Below are positions 37,437-44,808 of a stretch of 46,706 nucleotides of DNA, in pieces. The stretch is from NCBI GenBank assembly GCA_903840825.1, contig CAIMHL010000561.1, forward strand, positions 1-46,706. Reading direction: 5' to 3'. Made by a program: the position numbers and the translations under genes. The notes under the pieces are model-generated. The model was not told the DNA's origin. It saw only the letters and a program-made list of their open reading frames with translations, and made no database searches. Numbering within the stretch: position 1 is the first letter of the stretch; each line of letters begins with the position of its first letter. The stretch comes from an uncultured beta proteobacterium. Its GTDB lineage: Bacteria; Pseudomonadota; Gammaproteobacteria; Burkholderiales; Burkholderiaceae_C.

Positions 37437-38750
37437 ATGACTTGCGTGATTTATTGGTTTCGTAACGACTTGCGCCTGCAAGACAACCCCGCCCTGGTTT
37501 TGGCCTGTAAAACGGCCACCCACTTGCTACCGGTGTTTTGCCATGACCCCCAGCTTGACGAGCAAACTCCTTGGGGTTTTACGCGGGTGGGGGCACACCG
37601 GCGTCAGTTTTTAAAAGACACCTTGGCCGATTTGTCGCAGCAATTAACAGCGTTGGGCAGTGGCTTGCTAGAGTTGCAAGGGCGTCCGCAAGACGTCTTG
37701 CCCGAGCTGGCGCGCCGGTTTGGAGCGCAAGTTATTCATTGCGAAACGATTGCCGCGCCCGAGGAGGCTGACGCCGTCAAGGCGCTGCAAGCGGAAGGCC
37801 TGCAGGTGACCTCGGTGTGGCAGTCCAGTATGTTGGACCCCGCTGACCTGCCGTTTAAGCCCGCGCAGTTGCCCGATGTTTTTACCTCGTTCCGTATGGC
37901 CGTTGAGCGGGCTGATGTAGGCACTGCGGCCGCGATAGCCGTCCCGGCCAAGCTGCCCCCGCGCCCTGAGATGACGCCAGAATTGACGGCTTTTGTGGCA
38001 AGTTTGCAGACCACCCCAGCACCTACGCTGGTCCCGCTGTCCTTAAAAAATTCGTCTTTTCCTTTTGATAAGCCTGAATTTGCCGGTGGCGAGAGGGCTG
38101 CGCAGCGCCATTTGGAGCGCTACTTTGGTGCTAATTTGCCGCACACCTACAAGGCCACCCGCAACGGCCTCACAGGCACCGACTACTCCAGCAAGTTCTC
38201 CCCTTGGTTGGCCACAGGCGCCATGTCAGCTCGCTCGGCCTACGCGGCACTGTGGCAATTCGAGGAAAGGGCGGGCGCCAGCGAAAGCTCTTATTGGCTG
38301 TGGTTTGAGCTGCTGTGGCGCGATTATTTCCGGTTTTTGCACCTCAAATACGGCGTTCGGCTTTACCACGCCCGTGGTTTGACACCGGCCAACCACGCTG
38401 TGCCCCACCCTAGCCACAAAGCGGGCGCCTTCAAGCGCTGGTGCCAAGGCGACACCGGCGAGCCCTTGGTGGACGCCGGCATGCGCGAGCTAAAGGCCAC
38501 GGGTTATTTGTCCAACCGCCTGCGCCAACTGGTGGCCAGCTACTTGATTCACGACCTTGACTGCGACTGGCGCGCGGGTGCTGCGTGGTTTGAGTCGCAA
38601 TTGGTGGACTACGATGTGTACAGCAACCAGGGCAACTGGCTGGCGCTGGCGGGCCGGGGTACCGATCCGCGCGGCGGGCGGCGCTTTAATCCCCAAAAGC
38701 AAACCCAAGACCACGACCCCAAGGGCCAGTACCGGGCCCTGTGGCTTTGA
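37437..38750 (+). CDS. DASH-family cryptochrome
   Basis: YWFRNDLRLQDN, YKATRNGL, SSKFSPWLA, FELLWRDYF, GYLSNRLRQ, DYDVYSNQGNW. Confidence 0.9.
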   Translation: MTCVIYWFRNDLRLQDNPALVLACKTATHLLPVFCHDPQLDEQTPWGFTRVGAHRRQFLKDTLADLSQQLTALGSGLLELQGRPQDVLPELARRFGAQVIHCETIAAPEEADAVKALQAEGLQVTSVWQSSMLDPADLPFKPAQLPDVFTSFRMAVERADVGTAAAIAVPAKLPPRPEMTPELTAFVASLQTTPAPTLVPLSLKNSSFPFDKPEFAGGERAAQRHLERYFGANLPHTYKATRNGLTGTDYSSKFSPWLATGAMSARSAYAALWQFEERAGASESSYWLWFELLWRDYFRFLHLKYGVRLYHARGLTPANHAVPHPSHKAGAFKRWCQGDTGEPLVDAGMRELKATGYLSNRLRQLVASYLIHDLDCDWRAGAAWFESQLVDYDVYSNQGNWLALAGRGTDPRGGRRFNPQKQTQDHDPKGQYRALWL

Positions 38751-38823
38751 TACCTGCACAATGCAAAGCTGCAAAAAATAGCCTAAACTGATTTTTTTTT
38801 AATTAAAAACCAGAGGATTCCCA

Positions 38824-39720
38824 ATGTTTGCCGCTCATCAAAAAGACGACTTCAATTCCTTGCTGCCCGGACAAAGCACCGAGCAAGGTGCCACCCGCCG
38901 CACTGCCTTGAAAGTAGCGCTGGGCGCTGGCTACGCAGCAGCCGCGCTGCCCATCATGGCGCAAACCGCGATCAAAACATCGGCCGAAGGATTGCGCTCA
39001 GGTGAGGTGAGCTTTGAAGTCAACGGTTTTAAGGTGCCTGCTTTCTTTGCCGCGCCTGCCGGGGGTGCCAACTTGCCCGTGGTGCTGGTGGTGTCCGAGA
39101 TTTTTGGCGTGCATGAGTACATTGCCGACACCTGCCGGCGCTTTGCCAAAGCGGGCTATCTGGCAATTGCGCCCGAGCTTTTTGCGCGCCAGGGCGACCC
39201 ACAAGCCTACGGTGAAATAGCCAAACTCATGAGTGAGGTGGTGGCCAAAGTCCCTGATGCGCAAGCCATGGCCGATCTTGATGGCGCCGTGAAGTGGGCG
39301 GGCGCTCATGGTGGCAACCTCGACAAAGTGGCCATTACCGGCTTTTGTTGGGGCGGGCGTATGACCTGGTTGTACGCCGCGCAGGGCCCGGTTAAGGCCG
39401 GTGTCGCCTGGTATGGACGCTTGGTGGGCACACCGACCGCGCTAGCGCCCAAAAACCCCGTTGACTTGGTGGGCCAACTGCGCGCGCCGGTGCTGGGTTT
39501 GTATGGCGAGAAGGACGGTGGCATTCCTTTGACCTCGGTAGAGCAGATGAAAACCGCCTTGGCACAAGGCACCGAAGCCGCCAAAGCCTCGCAGTTTGTC
39601 ACCTACCCGGACACGGGCCACGCCTTTCACGCCGACTACCGCCCTAGCTACAGCAAGGGTCCCGCTGAAGACGGTTGGGCACGCTGCTTGGCTTGGTTCA
39701 AGGCGCATGGCGTAGCCTGA
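38824..39720 (+). CDS. Dienelactone hydrolase family protein
   Basis: EIFGVHE, GFCWGG nucleophile, GHAFHADYRPSY; TRRTALK twin-arginine-like motif. Confidence 0.9.
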   Translation: MFAAHQKDDFNSLLPGQSTEQGATRRTALKVALGAGYAAAALPIMAQTAIKTSAEGLRSGEVSFEVNGFKVPAFFAAPAGGANLPVVLVVSEIFGVHEYIADTCRRFAKAGYLAIAPELFARQGDPQAYGEIAKLMSEVVAKVPDAQAMADLDGAVKWAGAHGGNLDKVAITGFCWGGRMTWLYAAQGPVKAGVAWYGRLVGTPTALAPKNPVDLVGQLRAPVLGLYGEKDGGIPLTSVEQMKTALAQGTEAAKASQFVTYPDTGHAFHADYRPSYSKGPAEDGWARCLAWFKAHGVA

Positions 39721-39741
39721 TAAAGTCAGGCCCTCGCTGCG

Positions 39742-39765
39742 AAACCGCCGTCAGGCGGTTTTTTT
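39742..39765 (+). terminator. Rho-independent terminator
   Basis: AAACCGCC-GTCA-GGCGGTTTTTTT. Confidence 0.85.
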
Positions 39766-39824
39766 ATTACTTATTGGGTTCTAGTGCCCTTGGAATGTGT
39801 TTAACCAGCTATGACTTTAATAGC
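39762..39824 (-). repeat. 63-bp dispersed motif copy E7 (spans the ZIP start codon)
   Basis: GCTATTAAAGTCATAGC-TGGTTAAACA...CACTAGAACCCAATAAGTAATAAAA. Confidence 0.75.
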
Positions 39825-40617
39825 AATCTTGATGGGTACTTTATCCGCCGGCATTGGCAGCGTGTGGCTGGCCGCCTTGTTGAGCTTTGGTATTTTGTCG
39901 CGTTACACCCAGCACATGCTCAGTTTGGCAGCAGGCGCGCTGCTGGCCACGGCCTTTATGCATTTGCTGCCCGAGGCGTTTGAGAGCCAGGCCAGTGCGC
40001 ACGACTTGTTCATGACCTTGCTGGTTGGGCTGATCTTTTTCTTTTTGCTCGACAAAGCCGAGTTGTGGCACCACGGGCACGAGCACCACCATGGCATCCC
40101 TAGCCCGACCACCACCGCACACGCTGAACACGCAGGCCATGCGCACGGCCACAGCCATGTCCCGCAGCCTGGCACCTGGGCCGTGCTTACCGGCGACAGC
40201 GTGCATTGTTTTGGCGACGGCGTGCTGATTGCCTCGGCATTTATGGCCGATATGCGCCTGGGCGTGATTGCCTCGCTGGCCGTGCTGGCGCACGAGGTGC
40301 CGCACCACATGGGGGATTTGATGGTGCTGAAATCAAGCCCCAACAACCGCCGCACCGCGGTGCTCAAGGTCTCCTTGGCCGGGGCTGTGACGGCCTTGGG
40401 CGGCTTGCTGGGCTTTTGGTTGGTGGACCAGTTGCGCGACTATTTGCCCTACTTTCTGGTGGTAGCGAGCAGCAGCTTTGTCTACGTGGCGCTGGCTGAC
40501 TTGATTCCCCAGTTGCAAAAACGCCTGACCGCCCGGGAGACCGCCGCGCAAATCGCCTGGCTGCTGGCCGGCATTTTATTGGTCACGCAGGTGAGCGGTC
40601 TGGCGCACGCCCACTGA
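39811..40617 (+). CDS. ZIP-family metal transporter
   Basis: AAGALLATAFMHLLPEA, His-rich loop, GDSVHCFGDG, AHEVPHHMGD. Confidence 0.92.
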   Translation: MTLIAILMGTLSAGIGSVWLAALLSFGILSRYTQHMLSLAAGALLATAFMHLLPEAFESQASAHDLFMTLLVGLIFFFLLDKAELWHHGHEHHHGIPSPTTTAHAEHAGHAHGHSHVPQPGTWAVLTGDSVHCFGDGVLIASAFMADMRLGVIASLAVLAHEVPHHMGDLMVLKSSPNNRRTAVLKVSLAGAVTALGGLLGFWLVDQLRDYLPYFLVVASSSFVYVALADLIPQLQKRLTARETAAQIAWLLAGILLVTQVSGLAHAH

Positions 40618-40699
40618 TTGAGCAGTTACACGCTTTCCCTGTCACCTCGGACATGTACGCAATGCCGGGGATGGGCAATGTTCACTGGAATTGGGTGGC

Positions 40700-41187
40700 T
40701 CAGTGCGTCAGTGCAAACTTGATCACTTCCTGGCTCAACCAAATGCCTCGCTGGCGCATCCGCTCCAGGGCATCGGATATTGAGACATCGTACCCCAGTG
40801 ATTTTGCTTTGAGCAACACGCCAATAGAGCCTGTCACACTCAAATTGGACAAGCGCGCCATCCTTCTACCGACGGTCTCATCAATGCAAACGCGCTTAAC
40901 ACCAAGGTCAAGCGCCGTCTGAATCACGGATGCCTCGCCAAGGTCCAAAGCATTTTAAGATAAGGTGTCAGCGCGACCGGCGCGCGCCCTATTTCTAGCC
41001 AAGAAGCCGATTTGAAAACATCGACGCCAAATGCATCGTGACCGCCAGCCTGAATCTCTTGGGCCACCTCAAAGGGAACCACCACCCGGGTGTAAAGAAA
41101 CCGCAGCGCATCCAGACTGCCGGTGGCCGCCGTTAGCGCAATTAGCGGGGTGGTGTTGGTAACTATCGTTTGTTCAGATTCAGGCAT
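40700..41187 (-). pseudogene. DUF3368 PIN-domain toxin, split by a 1-bp deletion
   Basis: IVTNTTPLIAL...VVVPFEVAQEI in one ORF; LDLGEASVI, CIDETVGRRMA and GSIGVLLKAK in the next. One more A in CTTAAAATGCT (T4 at 40953-40956 on +) restores YLKNALDLGEA. Confidence 0.85.
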
Positions 41188-41428
41188 TGGCGAGATCTCG
41201 CGCCAAGTCTTCTTGATCAAGGTCGATCATTGGCACGCCGTAGCGATGCAACTCAGCCAAAAACTCGACCCTGCCCATACCGATCAATGACGCTGCCATC
41301 CCGGAGGAAAGGCGCTTCATTTCAAACAGCTTCACGGCCATCGACAATTTAGCCTCATGCAAAAACTCCTGCGGCGTGCAATGCGCAGCGTCGGGTAGGT
41401 TTGTAGGCACTTCAAGCACAAGTTGCAT
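41180..41428 (-). CDS. UPF0175 antitoxin
   Basis: EAKLSMAVKLFEMKRLSSGMAASLIGMGRVEFLAEL; GGAG RBS before ATG 41428. Confidence 0.88.
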   Translation of the reverse strand: MQLVLEVPTNLPDAAHCTPQEFLHEAKLSMAVKLFEMKRLSSGMAASLIGMGRVEFLAELHRYGVPMIDLDQEDLARDLANA

Positions 41429-41513
41429 GGGTTCTCCAAGTAAAGTTGGTTGACCGGACATTCTAAGTTGCGCAAACGTCAACGGTTGTCGACCCTGTCG
41501 ATGGGGCACGATG

Positions 41514-41557
41514 GACTGCCGCGCTGTATTCGTCAATGCGAGCGCAGCGCGGCAGTC
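41514..41557. repeat. Intergenic inverted repeat with 13-bp perfect arms
   Basis: GACTGCCGCGCTG (41514-41526) and CAGCGCGGCAGTC (41545-41557). Confidence 0.7.
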
Positions 41558-41611
41558 GCAGTGGCGAAGACCTTCGCGGCGAGGGCGCCGCTCCAACGGG
41601 GGTGATCCGCT

Positions 41612-42520
41612 TTAGCCTTGTGCCACAGGCCGGCTAGGGTCGCTGCACCAGTCGCTCCAGCTGCCGGCGTAAAGGGCGGTGGGGCCCAGTCCGGCAATTT
41701 CCATCGCGATGATATTGGGCACTGCGCTCACGCCACTGCCGCAGTGGTGGACCACGGTGGCGGGGTTGCGCCCGGCCAGCAGCGCCTCGAATTCGGCGCG
41801 CAAGGTGGCGGCGGGTTTGAAGAAGCCCTGGGCATCCAGGTTTTGCGTGAACGGGCGGTTGAGTGCGCCGGGCAGGTGGCCTGCCACCGGGTCGAGCGGC
41901 TCTACCTCGCCCCGAAAGCGTGCTGGAGCCCGGGCGTCGATCAAGGTTTGAGCGGGTCGGCCCAGATTGGCCGCTACGGTTTCAGTAGCTGCTAGAGCAA
42001 GCTTGGCGTGCTTCAGCGGGTAAATTCTCTTAAATTCAGCAGAAGCAGAAGCAGATACCAAAGCCGCCACCTCAAGCGCACAAGCGCCCGCATCAACCGC
42101 CCCATCCGCCGCCTGCCAGGCCTGAAAGCCGCCGTCTAGCACCAACACGTTCTCGTGCCCAGCCCATTTCAGCATCCACCACAAGCGCCCGCAGTAGTTG
42201 GCGCCTTGTCGGTCATAGACCACGGCGGTCATCTCAGGCGTGAGGCCTGTGCTGCCTAGCCACTGGGCAAACGTGTCGCGCGAGGGCAGGGGGTGGCGCC
42301 CGCCGGAGGCGGCATCTGGCGCTGACTTGGCCGCGCTCAGGTGGCGGTCCAGGTTGGCGCGCACCGCACCAAGAATGTGCGCTTGCGCGTACTGCAGGTC
42401 GCCCGCGTTGGGCGTCATCAGCTCAAAGCTGCAGTCAAACACCCGATAAGGCGCTCCGCTGGCCAGCAGCGATTGCAGCTGCGCCACAGAAATCAGGGGG
42501 CTGGACACGGGACTGGTCAT
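41612..42520 (-). CDS. sseA: Two-domain rhodanese sulfurtransferase (SseA-like)
   Basis: GGRHPLP, RLWWML, DARAPARFRG, HCGSGVSA, YAGSWSDW. Confidence 0.9.
   Translation of the reverse strand: MTSPVSSPLISVAQLQSLLASGAPYRVFDCSFELMTPNAGDLQYAQAHILGAVRANLDRHLSAAKSAPDAASGGRHPLPSRDTFAQWLGSTGLTPEMTAVVYDRQGANYCGRLWWMLKWAGHENVLVLDGGFQAWQAADGAVDAGACALEVAALVSASASAEFKRIYPLKHAKLALAATETVAANLGRPAQTLIDARAPARFRGEVEPLDPVAGHLPGALNRPFTQNLDAQGFFKPAATLRAEFEALLAGRNPATVVHHCGSGVSAVPNIIAMEIAGLGPTALYAGSWSDWCSDPSRPVAQG
41973..42035 (+). repeat. 63-bp dispersed motif copy E8 (antisense within sseA)
   Basis: GCTACGGTTTCAGTAGC-TGCTAGAGCA...GCGGGTAAATTCTCTTAAAT. Confidence 0.8.
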
Positions 42521-42551
42521 GGTGCGATTCCTTCAAAAAAAGGCAAAAAAT

Positions 42552-43439
42552 TTAGTGTTCCTCAGCCGGCGTGTTCGGCAGGGCGCGGGTCCGCAAGGCG
42601 GTGGCGGCCAGGCCACTGAGCACAATCACCGCCATGCCCGCCCACCCGATCAGGGGAATCTGGTCGCCAAACAGCACCAAGCTGTACAACGCAGCAAACA
42701 CAATGCCCGAGTATTGCAAGTTGGCCACCAGCAAGGTGGAGCCCCGGCTGTAGGCGCGGGTCATGCACCATTGGCCCAGAGAGGCCAGCACCCCGATAGG
42801 CACAATCCAGGCGGCTGCTTGCCAGCTCACCGCAGCCCAGGGCGTGTGCGTGGTAAACGCAATACCCAGCCCCCCAGCAAGCGCCGAGCCCACCGAGAAG
42901 TAAAACACCGTGCGGCTTTCAGGCTCGCCCACTTTGCCAAGCGCCGTGACCTGCATGTAAGCCAGCGCGGCCCCCAAGCCCGAGAGCAGGCCAATGAGCC
43001 CAGCAAAGAGCTGGTTTTGGTCCAGGGTAGGGCGCAGCATCATCACCACACCGACAAACCCGGCCAGCACCGTGGCCATCAGCGCACCCTGGCGCTCGGC
43101 CTTGCCATACAAAAAGGCACCGCCCACAATAAACGCGGCCACCCAGACGCCACTCATGTAGTTGAGGGTCATGGCGGTGGCCAGTGGCAGGTGGGCAATG
43201 GCGTAAAACCAGGACCCCAAGGACAACACGCCAATGGTGCTGCGCCAGGCGTGCATGGACAGCACAGGGGTTTTAATGGCAATGCCTTGCGTGCGCAAGA
43301 TCAGCCCCATAAAAACAACACTTACCAGCCCCCGGTAAAACACCAGCTCAAAAGTGGTGAAGCTGCCCGAGGCTACCTTGATGCCCACCGCCATGGTGGC
43401 GAAGAAAAACGAGGCCAAAACCATCCACAGGGCTTGCAT
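42552..43439 (-). CDS. DMT/EamA family transporter
   Basis: Hydrophobic two-repeat EamA pattern: ELVFYRG, LPLATAMTLNY, GQWCMTRAY. Confidence 0.9.
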   Translation of the reverse strand: MQALWMVLASFFFATMAVGIKVASGSFTTFELVFYRGLVSVVFMGLILRTQGIAIKTPVLSMHAWRSTIGVLSLGSWFYAIAHLPLATAMTLNYMSGVWVAAFIVGGAFLYGKAERQGALMATVLAGFVGVVMMLRPTLDQNQLFAGLIGLLSGLGAALAYMQVTALGKVGEPESRTVFYFSVGSALAGGLGIAFTTHTPWAAVSWQAAAWIVPIGVLASLGQWCMTRAYSRGSTLLVANLQYSGIVFAALYSLVLFGDQIPLIGWAGMAVIVLSGLAATALRTRALPNTPAEEH

Positions 43440-43441
43440 CC

Positions 43442-44584
43442 TCAGACCTTTATTTGGCGGCGGTACCAGTCATGAAAGTGCTGCATGCCGTCCTCCATGG
43501 GGCTTTGGTAGGGGCCTACTTCGTTGTCGCCACGCTGCAACAGCGCCTGGCGCCCGGCGTCCATGCGCTCGCCAATCTCATCGTCTTCCAGGCAGGTTTC
43601 CATGTAGGCGGCCTGCTGGGCCTCGACAAACTCGCGCTCAAAGGCAGCAATTTCTTCCGGGTAGTAAAACTCCACCTTGTTCAAAGTCTTGTTCACACCC
43701 ATCGGGTGCAGGGTAGAAACCGTGAGCACATGCGGGTACCACTCCACCATGATGTGCGGGTAGTAGGTGAGCCAAATAGCGCCGTACTTGGGCGGCTCGC
43801 CCTTGCGGTAGGCCTTGAGCGCGTCTTGCCAGCGCTGGTAGGTGGGCGTGCCTGCTGGGCCGTTTTGGGGCGCAAAGCCCACGGTTTGTACCGAGTAGTT
43901 GTCTTTAAATTCCCACTGCAGATCGTCACAGGTGACAAAGCCGCCCAGCCCGGGGTGAAAGGGGCCGACGTGGTAGTCCTCCAAATACACCTCAATAAAG
44001 GTCTTCCAGTTGTAGTTGCACTCATGCAGCTCCACCTTGTCGAGCACAAAGCCCGAAAAATCGAGGTCGGCGCGGGGGCCCATGTGGGCCAGATCAGCGG
44101 CAATATCGCGCCCGTTGTCTTCAAACAGCAGTCCGTTCCACTCGCGCAGCGGGTAATTGTTGAGGTTCAGGCAGGGGTCTTGCGCAAACTGCGGCGCGCC
44201 TAATAGCGTGCCAGCCGGTGTGGGGCCGCTGTTGCTGCCACTGTAGGTCCAGCGGTGCAGCGGGCAGACCACGTTGCCTGCGGCCGAGCCTGGGGCGGTG
44301 CTTTGGAGCGAGCCGCGCCCTTGCAGCATCAGCGCTTGGCGGTGGCGGCACACGTTGGAGATGAGTTCAATGCCGCTGGGCGTGCGCACCAAAGCGCGCC
44401 CCTGGGCCTCTTGGGCCAAGGTGGCATAGTCGCCCACGTTGGGAACACTTAAAGCGTGCCCGACATAGCGCGGGCCGCTTTGGAAAATATTTTGCAGTTC
44501 GCGCTGGTACAGCGCTTCGTCAAAATAGCTTGAAACTGGTAGTTGGCCGGTGGCCTGCTGCAGTTGAAGACTTAAATCAGACAT
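43442..44584 (-). CDS. Rieske non-heme iron oxygenase alpha subunit; candidate putrescine 2-hydroxylase
   Basis: NVCRHR...CPLHRWTY Rieske motif; NWKTFIEVYLEDYHVGPFHPG mononuclear Fe motif. Specific function inferred. Confidence 0.85.
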   Translation of the reverse strand: MSDLSLQLQQATGQLPVSSYFDEALYQRELQNIFQSGPRYVGHALSVPNVGDYATLAQEAQGRALVRTPSGIELISNVCRHRQALMLQGRGSLQSTAPGSAAGNVVCPLHRWTYSGSNSGPTPAGTLLGAPQFAQDPCLNLNNYPLREWNGLLFEDNGRDIAADLAHMGPRADLDFSGFVLDKVELHECNYNWKTFIEVYLEDYHVGPFHPGLGGFVTCDDLQWEFKDNYSVQTVGFAPQNGPAGTPTYQRWQDALKAYRKGEPPKYGAIWLTYYPHIMVEWYPHVLTVSTLHPMGVNKTLNKVEFYYPEEIAAFEREFVEAQQAAYMETCLEDDEIGERMDAGRQALLQRGDNEVGPYQSPMEDGMQHFHDWYRRQIKV

Positions 44585-44808
44585 GGGTGACCTGACCTAA
44601 AGACTCCCCACAGGGAGATGCGCTCAAAACGCGGTAATTGATAAAACCGGTGCAGACCGGCGGCAAGAGGGTGGATTGTACCTGTCTGATATTCTTTTTA
44701 AATGCCCTGCATCAAGCCTATGATGGGCGCTCACCACATGTCGTAGAAGCGGTATTCCTTGCGCGTGTCCTGATCGATGAGTTATCGGACCTCTATGGAA
44801 AATCAATA

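Noticed and set aside
40638-40675. Imperfect hairpin between ZIP and toxin 3' ends
   Set aside because: Many bulges and no U-tract; too weak to call
40950-40965. Programmed ribosomal frameshift in the DUF3368 toxin
   Set aside because: No X-XXY-YYZ slippery site in the reading frame
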